This document shows positions 19,120 through 28,425 of a stretch of DNA of 32,000 nt, piece after piece (within the stretch, counting starts at the first letter, position 1; every line of letters starts with the position of its first letter). This stretch comes from Desulfocapsa sulfexigens DSM 10523 (GTDB lineage: Bacteria; Desulfobacterota; Desulfobulbia; Desulfobulbales; Desulfocapsaceae): NCBI RefSeq assembly GCF_000341395.1, contig NC_020304.1, positions 270,001 to 302,000 on the forward strand, given 5' to 3'. The translations under genes and the position numbers were made by a program. The notes under the pieces were generated by a model. It ran no database searches and was not told the DNA's origin. It saw nothing but the letters and a program-made list of their open reading frames with translations.

Positions 19120-19520
19120 TAGTGCATTGCCTCCTTCGATCCTGCTTCGTTGGGAGTCAGGTGACAATCCCAACAATAGGGGTCTACTGCTGCATAGGTA
19201 TGACAGCTGTCGCAGAATTTTTCTTTTTGACTATGACATGTCATACATGCCATCTGCAAGCCTTTGGGATATTTCTTCCCGTTGATCTCAAGAATCTCAC
19301 GATCTCCATCCCGCAGGACGTTATCACGCCACTCGTTGAGTAGCTGCATATGATTTGCCCGCATATAATCAGCCGGCATGACACACTGTTTCTCTCCACC
19401 TGGTGGCAACTCGGGTTTCGGCAAATCACCCGCCGTGGTCAACCCGTTGAACCAGATTGGAAAGGTCACAAAAAGGACGAATAAAATCAGTCCCGGTATG
19501 ATTGTTCCTTTGTTATACAT
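19119..19520 (-). CDS. dsrJ: DsrJ, triheme cytochrome c subunit
   Basis: One N-terminal TM segment and three CxxCH motifs: CMTCH, CDSCH, CWDCH; gene lies between dsrK and dsrO. Confidence 0.93.
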   Translation of the reverse strand: MYNKGTIIPGLILFVLFVTFPIWFNGLTTAGDLPKPELPPGGEKQCVMPADYMRANHMQLLNEWRDNVLRDGDREILEINGKKYPKGLQMACMTCHSQKEKFCDSCHTYAAVDPYCWDCHLTPNEAGSKEAMH

Positions 19521-19546
19521 TTACGTTTCCTCCGTTCCGGTTCCTG

Positions 19547-21208
19547 TTAAACCATGGTCCTGAAGCCATCGGGAAGCTCTGATTCAGTTCCGTCGGCGCC
19601 ATACCCCATGGCTCGTTTCTCGTTATCCATAACCAGTGCATTCCCAACAAGTTCGGAAATACCACAAACACCACAGCCGGGATTCCAGTAATCCATAAGT
19701 GATGAAAGTGTTGCACGGTCGATGGCGCAGACACAGGAGAGCATGTTGACATCATGTTTATCAATCACATGCTTCACAGCATTAGCCCGTGGTAAACCGG
19801 CACGCATCCGAAGCTCCATGATCTCATCGGTATTCAGACCGGTTCCAGAGCCACAGCAGAAGGTCTGCTCGCGGATAGTATTTTCAGGCATTTCAACCCA
19901 TTTGGGAACGACATGATCGAGGATGTAACGCGGCTCATCCATAAGTCCCATTGCTCGCGCCGGGTTGCAGGAATCGTGATAGGTTGGCATCACATGGGCG
20001 TTACGGGTGGGATCGAGCTTGATCTTGCCATGCTTGATCAAATCAGCTGTAAACTCACTAATATGAATCATCTTGGTTGATTTGGCATTGTCAAAGACAG
20101 TCCCGGTCATGGGAGATTTTGGAACCTCCAGGAAATCAGCGGGACCGTTCATGGTATCCATATACTGATGCAGGACACGCCACATATGACCACACTCACC
20201 ACCAATGATGTACTTCACACCGAGACGTTTAGCCTCCGCATACATCTTGGCATTCAGTTTCTTCATCAATTCATTACTGGTGAAGAGCCCGAAGTTACCT
20301 CCTTCAGATGCGTAGGTAGACCAGGTGTAATCAAGGCCAATCTGCTCAAAGAGTGCAAGGTAGCCCATGGCTGTATAGAGGCCGGGTTCAGCAAAAACAT
20401 CAGCCGATGGAGTGATGAAGAGAACCTCAGCACCCTTGCGATTAAAGCTGTGATTAATCTTGACACCGGTAAGGCTTTCAACATCCTCCGCAAGGAAATC
20501 CACGTTGTCTTTAAAGGTGTGGGGCTGGAGTCCCATGTGGTTACCGGTACGGTTGGAGTTGGAAGCAGGTTCCAGGATCCAGTTGATTCCGATACCAACG
20601 AGATGAAGAAGCTCACGAAGCATCATGGTGACTTCAGCGGTATCAATACCGTATGGGCAGAAGACCGAACAGCGTCTACATTCCGTACACTGGTATGAGT
20701 ACATAAACCACTCTTTGAGGACGCCAACCGTCATCTCACGGCCACCCGCCATTTTACCGAAGAGTTTACCAGCCAGGGTAAAGTCATTCCGATAAACGGA
20801 ACGAAGCAGCTCTGCTCGAAGTACGGGCATGTTTTTTGGATCACCGGTACCGAGAAAGAAGTGACATTTATCTGCACAGGCCCCGCAACGCACACAGCAG
20901 TCCATGAAGATTTTAAGAGATCTGAATTTCTCGAGACGTTCGGCAAGCCCCTTGAGGATGATTTCCTGCCAGTTTTCAGGCAATTTCCAGTCATCTTCAT
21001 CCGGAGACCAAATGCGGGCATTTGGAAAGTTCAAATCACTTGAACTGTTTAGATATTCGACCTTTTCCTTTTTCGCAGGGTAGGCAAAATTCCCCTCTTT
21101 AAATATAGCCGGGGTGTCCATCCAGTCTTTGGTTGGTTGTGCTCCTGTTACCAAAGACGGACCCTGCACTACGCTTTTTGATAATTGTTCTAATTTTGCA
21201 AGTGCCAT
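19547..21208 (-). CDS. dsrK: DsrK, HdrD-like FeS subunit
   Basis: 553 aa: CVRCGACADKCHFFLGTGDPKNMP, CTECRRCSVFCPYGIDT, HDSCNPARAMG-type CCG segment, TFCCGSGTGLNTDEIMELRMR. Confidence 0.94.
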   Translation of the reverse strand: MALAKLEQLSKSVVQGPSLVTGAQPTKDWMDTPAIFKEGNFAYPAKKEKVEYLNSSSDLNFPNARIWSPDEDDWKLPENWQEIILKGLAERLEKFRSLKIFMDCCVRCGACADKCHFFLGTGDPKNMPVLRAELLRSVYRNDFTLAGKLFGKMAGGREMTVGVLKEWFMYSYQCTECRRCSVFCPYGIDTAEVTMMLRELLHLVGIGINWILEPASNSNRTGNHMGLQPHTFKDNVDFLAEDVESLTGVKINHSFNRKGAEVLFITPSADVFAEPGLYTAMGYLALFEQIGLDYTWSTYASEGGNFGLFTSNELMKKLNAKMYAEAKRLGVKYIIGGECGHMWRVLHQYMDTMNGPADFLEVPKSPMTGTVFDNAKSTKMIHISEFTADLIKHGKIKLDPTRNAHVMPTYHDSCNPARAMGLMDEPRYILDHVVPKWVEMPENTIREQTFCCGSGTGLNTDEIMELRMRAGLPRANAVKHVIDKHDVNMLSCVCAIDRATLSSLMDYWNPGCGVCGISELVGNALVMDNEKRAMGYGADGTESELPDGFRTMV

Positions 21209-21246
21209 TATTCTATATCCTTATATAATTTGGATCAACAATCCTG

Positions 21247-22278
21247 CTATTCTTCGTCCTTCTTGGGAGGAAGCTCTTTTTCAACAGGGATGCCGGCATC
21301 AACCATGAACTCTCTGAACTCATCCTCGTATCCTGCATAGGAGTGAGGTTTGATTGTAGGATCATTCCATGGATTGATATGACGTTTCATACGACTGTCG
21401 TTTGCCATATTTCTGGTGGGACTCATAAAGACTCCCCCCATATGCATCAGTTTACTGAATGGAAAATATATGAGAAGAACTGAAACCAGAAAGACATGAA
21501 TATAGAAAATGGAACCAATCTGAGCATTAATAACCGGTGACAGGGTCACAAGACCAACCAGCAACTCTTTGATATTTACGATATCAATGTTGGTACGCAG
21601 AAAATAACGCATCAGCATGCCGGTGACGGCGATGGCAAAAATAAGAAAGAGTGGAAAATAGTCATTTGCAAGTGAAATGTAACGTACATTACGATTCACA
21701 AGACGACGGCCAAAAAGAAAAAGAACACCGGCAAGGATTGCCAGATCAGACGCGTAAAGCAGTGGAGCACCGACCTGAAGCATGGCTCCTGCATCCAGGA
21801 AATCCACAAACTGCAACCATTGAGGTACAGGATTCAGGAACAGACGCATATGTCTGATAACGATCACCAGAAAAGAATAGTGGAACAGCAGAGCTGCCAG
21901 CCACAGCCACCTGGATGACTCATAGGTGATTTTCGGCCCCTCGTGGAGTTCGGATTTGGTATTCCGAAACAGAGACCTGAACGCAAAAATTTCCAGGAAC
22001 ATCCTGGCGACAACTTCCGATGTCTTGGTTGGACAGTCCAGCTTATCCTGTTTGATGAAATCCAGAGATTTTCCCTGACCGCAAGTGGTCGGAATGGAAA
22101 ATGGTACCGGCGACTTAGCCCAGTACACAACTCTGTACACAAAACCACCCAGGAAGATCATGATCGCAAGATACGGGATAGCAACACCAAACAGGTATTG
22201 CATCCCAGGTATCATGGATCCCAGCCACGCAAACAGAACCAGCGCTAAGACTGCCAGGAATGAGAAGGCATACTTCAT
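21247..22278 (-). CDS. dsrM: DsrM, NarI-like membrane cytochrome b subunit
   Basis: 343 aa multi-TM protein with GGFVYRVVYWAKSPVPFSIPTTCGQ, WLWLAALLFHYSFLVIVIRHMRLF, YFLRTNIDIVNIKELLVGLVTL; first structural gene of dsrMKJOP. Confidence 0.93.
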   Translation of the reverse strand: MKYAFSFLAVLALVLFAWLGSMIPGMQYLFGVAIPYLAIMIFLGGFVYRVVYWAKSPVPFSIPTTCGQGKSLDFIKQDKLDCPTKTSEVVARMFLEIFAFRSLFRNTKSELHEGPKITYESSRWLWLAALLFHYSFLVIVIRHMRLFLNPVPQWLQFVDFLDAGAMLQVGAPLLYASDLAILAGVLFLFGRRLVNRNVRYISLANDYFPLFLIFAIAVTGMLMRYFLRTNIDIVNIKELLVGLVTLSPVINAQIGSIFYIHVFLVSVLLIYFPFSKLMHMGGVFMSPTRNMANDSRMKRHINPWNDPTIKPHSYAGYEDEFREFMVDAGIPVEKELPPKKDEE

Positions 22279-22379
22279 TTCTTCTAACCTCGCTTCAAAT
22301 TGAATTGTATAGGTTTAGCTCCGGCAATATCCCCTGAACCGATGCAAAACCTGTTAATAATACGTGGTAACCCTGTCAA

Positions 22380-22916
22380 TCAGGTAGGAAAACCAACAGG
22401 ATCAACCTTATCTTTGTCCAGCAAGTTCGATGGACACTTGCTGTCGGTAAGAATGATGGTGCCGGTTTTTATCTCTTTAATCCTGACCTTATACAACCGC
22501 TCACGGCATTGCGAGTACAGGTCAAATGCTGCAAGAACTGCAAGATCCACAGCAAATTCAAAATCATAAAGATCTGCAATAAATTGCTTGCGTTCTGAAT
22601 CCTTGGCTAAAACATCTCGGGTAATATGTTTGACGGCATGAATGGGAGCTACAGCCTCGGATGCAGTAAACTCCTGAATAGAGCGAATCCGCATGATTTG
22701 ATCAAGTGGCGCAACAAACTCCTTGGGATCAGCATTTTTTGTGAGCAGCTTGTAGAGTTGCCCTAAAGACTCGCGGGTATTCCCCCCAACGGGGTTGGAA
22801 AATTTATCTGGCCCTTTCTTAAAAAATGTGGACGACTTATAGCTTGACAAGGTGTAGTCAACCCACTGATCAACTATCTTATCTTCGTAATTACGAAATG
22901 CCTCGGCAAGATCCAT
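22380..22916 (-). CDS. RsbRD N-terminal-domain-like protein upstream of dsrM
   Basis: 178 aa soluble helical protein MDLAEAFRNYEDKIVDQWVDYTLSSYKSSTFFKKGPDKFSNPVGGNTRESLGQLYKLL; resembles RsbRD_N proteins linked to dsrMKJOP in sulfate reducers. Confidence 0.7.
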   Translation of the reverse strand: MDLAEAFRNYEDKIVDQWVDYTLSSYKSSTFFKKGPDKFSNPVGGNTRESLGQLYKLLTKNADPKEFVAPLDQIMRIRSIQEFTASEAVAPIHAVKHITRDVLAKDSERKQFIADLYDFEFAVDLAVLAAFDLYSQCRERLYKVRIKEIKTGTIILTDSKCPSNLLDKDKVDPVGFPT

Positions 22917-23134
22917 ATACCCCTAGTCCTGTTTAATGATCAATTAGCACCGGTTAACGCTAAGTAAGCCGGTATAAGTTCCTTCACGAAATTCTTTTCA
23001 AAAAAAACACTAAAAAAAATTCTAAGGCACTAATTGAATGAATGACCATTCATAAGGATCGAGATTTAGCATTTTTTAGTCTGTTAATCAAGAATTTTTT
23101 AAAATTCTATTATTCAAAAAAAACTGATGCTCCC

Positions 23135-25258
23135 TCACATATCATCAAGGATATGGAGCGACTCATTAATATATGGATCTTCTTTGATTTCCTCTTTCCA
23201 TTTATCCTTATCTTTACCATTATCAGGTTGAACGTCGGAAGAATCGCCATGCTCCAAGTCCTGTTCTTCGCGGTACTTCAGATAATGGGCACCGATCTTA
23301 TCGCGGGCAACTTTTGCCTCCAGGCGTTTTTCTTTCATATCGGAGAGTTTTAGAGAAATGGTCGTTTTTTTAACGCGCTCCGAGGCCTTGTCAGCCTCAT
23401 CGGCGATCACCTGCAACCCCTCGTCCTGCTGCACCCGTTTCCTCGATTTCGCCTCCAGCATGGCAAGATCAACTGGGGTTGAGCCATACCTTGCATAGGA
23501 AACAGGCTCTACCTGATCCCAGGGGAGGGAATAATCCAGATACTGTTCCCCGGATTCAAGATGCTGAAAAAGGCTCGGTAAAACAATGTCCGGCTCTACA
23601 CCTTTGTATTGCGTAGAACCGCCATTCACACGATAGAATTTCTGGATGGTTACCTTCAATGCTCCCAGGTCATCGTACTTCTTCAAGTGCAATGTCGGGA
23701 TATTCTCATTCATATTTATAAGTGTCTGAACGGTTCCCTTGCCATGAGTATGTGCCCCGCCAACAATCACTGCCCTTCCATAATCCTGAAGGGCGGCAGC
23801 TAAAATTTCAGAGGCTGAAGCAGAAAATTGATTCACAAGTACAAGCAGGGGACCATCCCAGGCGATGGAAGAATCCTCATCACTAAGCACCCTCTTATTT
23901 CCATAACTGTTCTTAACCAGCACAACAGGCCCTTCCTTGATAAACAAACCAGTGGTATCCACTGCATCCATAAGCGATCCGCCGCCATTATTACGAAGAT
24001 CAAGGATAAGGCCTTTTATTCCCTGCTTCTTCAACTCCTCGATGGCAATCCGGGTATCATCGGTGGAGTTCCTGGCATCGGAAGAACCATCACGGGTTTT
24101 TTCAAAATCACGATAAAAACTCGGAATCATCACATAACCGATTTTGGTTCCCGTGGGACTTTCAATCAAAGTAGACTTCACAAAAGTCTCCTCAATCTGC
24201 ACCACATCCCGAAGAATTGAAATAAATTCTTTATTCCCGTCAAGTTTTTTCACAGTGAGACGAACCTCGGTTCCTTTAGGACCGCGGATGAGACGAACGG
24301 CATCACGCAGGCGCATATCAGTGATTTCCACTGGATCCTTTTCACCCTGCCCCACTTCAAGAATAATATCTTCGGCCTCCAGGCGTCCCTGACGAGCAGA
24401 AGCGGAACCGGGAATAATATTAACTACTTTGATATAACCGTCCTCTTCTCGAAGAAGAGCACCTATTCCTTCCAGACTACCGCGCATGTGAATATCAAAA
24501 TCCTCTTTGTTGGCAGGTGGCATATAATTAGTGTGCGGATCAAATGCCCTGGCAATAGCATTAAAAAAACGGTCATAATGATCCTGCCTGGTCTCCTGGT
24601 GCATACGATTGAAAAAATTCCTGTTTCGCTGAGTAATCTTTTCCTCAGCTTCTGCCCACAGCTCCTTATCACTTTTTTGGGGGCCTTTGTCCTTTCCTTC
24701 CCCAGTTTGCACCTGATCTTCCTTCAGGTCCAGGTAACGGGAAATAATCTGGGCTTTAAGTATCTTCCTCCAACGCTCGGACAGATCGGTAAGGCTGGTT
24801 GCATATTGTAACTTCTCGGGATCAGTTTCATAGCTCTCATCACGGTTATAGTCAAACCCTGCTGCAAGGAGTTCAGTGGCGATTTTTTCTACTTCTACGA
24901 TTCGGGTAGCCAGCACTTCATAGCCGACATCGGGTAGAGTAATATCCCCTTTCACAAGATTGTTATCAATGGCAGGAGCCAGAACAGACAGCTTATCTAC
25001 ATCGGACTGCAGGAGAAAGCGTTTCTGATAATCGAGTTGTTTAAGGTACAGATCAAAGGCAGCAAAGGCCAGTTCATCATTCATAACTTTGTCGCTGAAA
25101 TGCATCACCGGCAACTGCTTACTGATCATAAAACCGATTATTTTATTGCGGGATACATCTGCAACGGGCGAGTCGGAGGACTTCGCAGGGGACACTGCGG
25201 GTAAAAAGAAGCTGATGACCACAATGCAGCCCAGAAATAAACGAAATATTTTTATCAT
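23135..25258 (-). CDS. prc: Carboxy-terminal processing / tail-specific protease (Prc-like, S41 with PDZ)
   Basis: 707 aa with signal peptide; PDZ region GSLEGIGALLREEDGYIKVVNIIPGSASARQGRLEAEDIILEV; S41 catalytic segments GLILDLRNNGGGSLMDAVDTTGLFI, LVNQFSASASEILAAALQDYGRAVIVGGAHTHGKGTVQTL. Confidence 0.93.
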   Translation of the reverse strand: MIKIFRLFLGCIVVISFFLPAVSPAKSSDSPVADVSRNKIIGFMISKQLPVMHFSDKVMNDELAFAAFDLYLKQLDYQKRFLLQSDVDKLSVLAPAIDNNLVKGDITLPDVGYEVLATRIVEVEKIATELLAAGFDYNRDESYETDPEKLQYATSLTDLSERWRKILKAQIISRYLDLKEDQVQTGEGKDKGPQKSDKELWAEAEEKITQRNRNFFNRMHQETRQDHYDRFFNAIARAFDPHTNYMPPANKEDFDIHMRGSLEGIGALLREEDGYIKVVNIIPGSASARQGRLEAEDIILEVGQGEKDPVEITDMRLRDAVRLIRGPKGTEVRLTVKKLDGNKEFISILRDVVQIEETFVKSTLIESPTGTKIGYVMIPSFYRDFEKTRDGSSDARNSTDDTRIAIEELKKQGIKGLILDLRNNGGGSLMDAVDTTGLFIKEGPVVLVKNSYGNKRVLSDEDSSIAWDGPLLVLVNQFSASASEILAAALQDYGRAVIVGGAHTHGKGTVQTLINMNENIPTLHLKKYDDLGALKVTIQKFYRVNGGSTQYKGVEPDIVLPSLFQHLESGEQYLDYSLPWDQVEPVSYARYGSTPVDLAMLEAKSRKRVQQDEGLQVIADEADKASERVKKTTISLKLSDMKEKRLEAKVARDKIGAHYLKYREEQDLEHGDSSDVQPDNGKDKDKWKEEIKEDPYINESLHILDDM

Positions 25259-25469
25259 CTGTTTCTCGATGGAGTAAAAGGAAAAGTCCGTTGCGCTTTA
25301 GTACCTTACAGGGTATTTTTTATTTTTTCCGATAATGCTCTACGTAGAGACTGACTTCGGCTAACTGTTCACCACCGTAAGGTAACGCTCAAATGCTACT
25401 TTAGACTTTATAAAACCAGAAAAACTACCAGAATTCGAGAAGAAATACCAATACAAACACTACAATCCC

Positions 25470-25772
25470 ATGGAAAAATTACGATCTGCCCTTCGGGAAT
25501 TCGCCTCAGCCAGAAAATGGCAACCATTTCACACCCCTAAAAACCTCTGTATGGCTCTGAGCGTGGAGACTGCAGAACTCACCGAAATCTTTCAATGGAT
25601 GGACAGCGAGGAAAGTCGTGTGGTTGACACAACCACCCTCCAACACATTGCGGAAGAAATAGGTGATGTCATGATATACCTTACCATGCTGGCAGACAAA
25701 TTTGACCTGGACCCTCTCAATTGTGCAAAGCAAAAGATACTACTCAATGCGGAAAAATACCCCCATCCATAG
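25470..25772 (+). CDS. MazG-like / dCTPP1-like nucleotide pyrophosphohydrolase
   Basis: 100 aa with LCMALSVETAELTEIFQWMDSEE and HIAEEIGDVMIYLTMLADKFDLDP (ExxE...ExxD Mg-binding pattern). Confidence 0.85.
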   Translation: MEKLRSALREFASARKWQPFHTPKNLCMALSVETAELTEIFQWMDSEESRVVDTTTLQHIAEEIGDVMIYLTMLADKFDLDPLNCAKQKILLNAEKYPHP

Positions 25773-25905
25773 TGACCTGAGAAAAAAAAGCGGCTTGAAT
25801 TCACAACAAAAACAACAGATCTCATTTTTTTTATGTTTTGCCTATTCCATATGATAGAATCTCACAAGAATCTGACAGTTTGAAAATCCACAGGAGGAAT
25901 ACCTT

Positions 25906-26169
25906 ATGAAACTGTTCAAAAACCAATCTGGTCAGGGAATGACAGAGTATATTATTATTGTTGCTGTTATCGCTTTAGCAGGCATTGCAGCATTTTCCTA
26001 CTTCGGCAAGACGGTCCGTAATCAGACTGCCGCCATGAGTGAGTCGCTAGCCGGGGACAAGGCGGCAGCTACCACTGCAATCACGGCTGCCGATACCAGT
26101 GCAGGTAAAGCCGCGACAGAAGGAACGACCGATGCAAACCTGAAGGATTATGTAGACCGTCAGGAATAA
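25906..26169 (+). CDS. Flp-like type IVb prepilin (candidate major pilin)
   Basis: 87 aa; strong SD aggagg at about 25892; NQSGQGMTEYIIIVAVIALAGIAAFSYFG is a G|Q-type class III prepilin signal with E+5; Ala/Thr-rich tail. Confidence 0.82.
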   Translation: MKLFKNQSGQGMTEYIIIVAVIALAGIAAFSYFGKTVRNQTAAMSESLAGDKAAATTAITAADTSAGKAATEGTTDANLKDYVDRQE

Positions 26170-26249
26170 TACGGTCACATTCAGGTATCCATGACAGAAC
26201 ACAAACAACCTGGAACACATCGGCAGTACCTCGAGTAGGAAACAAGACA

Positions 26250-28423
26250 ATGATATCCATCAACCAAAAGGGGCAGGCATCTGTTTTTGTGCTTGCTCTT
26301 ATTGGGATCGTTCTTGTTGCCACCATCTTTCTCTATCAATCCGGACGGCTTACCAGCGAAAAAATGCAACTCCAGAATGCTGCTGACGCCGCAGCCTTTG
26401 GAGCCGCTACTCTGGAAGCACGCTCTCTTAATTTTTCTGCTTACACCAATCGGGCCATGGTCGCCAATGAAGTTGCCGTAGGCCAGATGGTCGGCATGCT
26501 CTCCTTTGTTGACGAGCTCAAGACTACGGGCGAATACATAGACGAGTATGCCGGTATTCTGGAGGCTGCAACCGCCTGGCTGTTTGCAATAATTACGGTT
26601 GGTGATGTAATTGAAGGTATTATCAGTGTCATTGTCGAGATCCTGGAGGATATCGGCTCCACAATCACCGAGGTGGGAGAAGAGGCTGAACAGGCCATGG
26701 CGGCAATTGCCTCTCCTGTCATCAGTGGACTCTCCATTATTAATAATGTTTACAGCATCAGCCAGACTGCCTATCACGGTGCAACCATTGTTCTGGTCAC
26801 CACGAATATTTTCCAGAGTCTTGAAGATAATGTTCCAGGCACCACCCCTTTCAATATGATCAACCTCTTTGATCCCGACAAACCCGGTGCTCACCTCTCC
26901 GACCTTGGAGTTCTTGCCCTTGTCGGACACCTCCCCTCTTACTGGCAGGGATACACAAAACGATATACCCCATCGAAACAGAAGAAAAAAAAGGAATCAG
27001 AAGAAGAGAAAGAAAAAGAAAAAGAAGACGAGGAGTTGATATCAAAAGACGAAAGAAAAATAAAAAATGACAGAAAGCGGATTGCCGATGATCAAAAAAC
27101 CTTAGGACAGGATGAGAAAAAGTACAATGCTGCCCTAAAAAAAATAGAGGCTGATAAAAAAAGATTACGGCTGAAAAGAAAAAATGCGATTCGCTGAAAC
27201 AGGCCTGGGAAAAAGACAAAACCAAGGAAAACTCAGACAACTATGAAGCCTGTAAACAAAGATTAACTGAAGACAAGCTCACTCTGCAGGAAGACCAGGA
27301 TGCCCTGCAGGCAGTCGAGAAAACCCGGGCAAAACACCAGGAAAAGTTAAAAAAAGATCAAGCAACACTTGCACGCCACCAGAAAGACCTCACCGATGAA
27401 GAAGAAGACGAAGCAGAAGACGAAAAAGAAGAGAAGGAAAATGGGGGAAAAGAAGAAAATGCCGGGATGCAGCGCATGGCTGCGACTATCAGAGAAGCAC
27501 GTGACCCCTTCAGCAGTGGGGGCCCTCCGGTCTGGGACAAAGATATTTACAATCTCAACTACAAATTCAGCAACCGGGACTGGAAGTTTGGCCTCGGATT
27601 TGACGTAAATCTCCACGTCGGTCCTTTCCATTTTGGACATCTCTCTTTTTTCACCGGCATGGACAGCAAAGGAGGTTCCGAGGTACGCTATAAAGGGAAC
27701 AACTATGGCTGGTCAGGGCTTGACACCTCGGTTATCGAAGCGCAGTTGACTATCATGGGCTATCCTATTGAGCTGGCCATCCCCACTGGAGGAGGTGGCT
27801 ACCAGGCGGTGAACACCTCAGAAAATGAACTCACCGTTCTCGACATGCCCCCCACCCTCGGCTACTACGGTCAACCCAAAATCTATGGAGAAGCAGGATA
27901 CCCATACGGTCGCTGGCCCTCCTGGGAAGGAGCAGCCACTGAACTTGAAGAGAATGTCATAGAAGGCAACCCCTACTCCGGTCTCAAGCCATACAGAGAC
28001 ATGACGAAAACAGATCAAAACACATCCGCCTACAGTATGCCATTTGTGGCACCTTTTTTTCTTGTGGGAGTCGTCAGAACCTATAAGGACATCAACAAAA
28101 CAGGCCCCACATTCAGTGGTAACCTTAATCTTCTTGAGGACAATCCTGATATTGACCGAATCGGAGCCATTGCCAAATCAGAACTCTATTTCGACCGCCC
28201 TACTGACTTGAGCTATTTCCTGCGCCACGACAAAAAAACTGAAAAGCCTAATGTGTTCGGCCCATTCTGGCAGGCAAGACTTTCTAAAACAAGTGACCTC
28301 GATCGTTTCCTTGCCATGGCCATACAGCACAAGAAGATATGGATCGCCAACCATGATGCTGCAAACGTCCCTGGCCTGAAGGCGCTCAAGGATGAACTGG
28401 AGAAGATTTTGAATCTCTTTTGA
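26250..28423 (+). CDS. TadG-like (putative Flp-type pilus assembly) protein, apparently interrupted by a -1 frame change around 27156-27184
   Basis: ORF 26250..27197 begins MISINQKGQASVFVLALIGIVLVATIFLYQSGRLTSEKMQLQNAADAAAFGAATLEAR (TadG/Tad-domain-like). The continuation, read in the -1 frame, is open from 27158 through ORF 27467..28423, ending ...GLKALKDELEKILNLF. Both sides of the shift encode one continuous charged coiled-coil. Confidence 0.72.
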
Positions 28424-28425
28424 TC

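Noticed and set aside
22917-23134. A/T-rich gap between prc and the RsbRD_N-like gene as a possible small RNA or mobile remnant
   Set aside because: Only short homopolymer runs and no stable hairpin followed by a T tract, no inverted terminal repeats or transposase trace.
25801-25905. Possible promoter upstream of the Flp-like pilin (ttgcct / tagaat / tatgat elements)
   Set aside because: No pair of hexamers has acceptable 16-18 bp spacing and no sigma54 GG-N10-GC element was seen; only the AGGAGG ribosome site is supported.
26181-26930. Minus-strand 249-aa ORF
   Set aside because: Lies antisense to the TadG-like gene, which has a clear TM and Tad-type motif; it looks like a shadow ORF.
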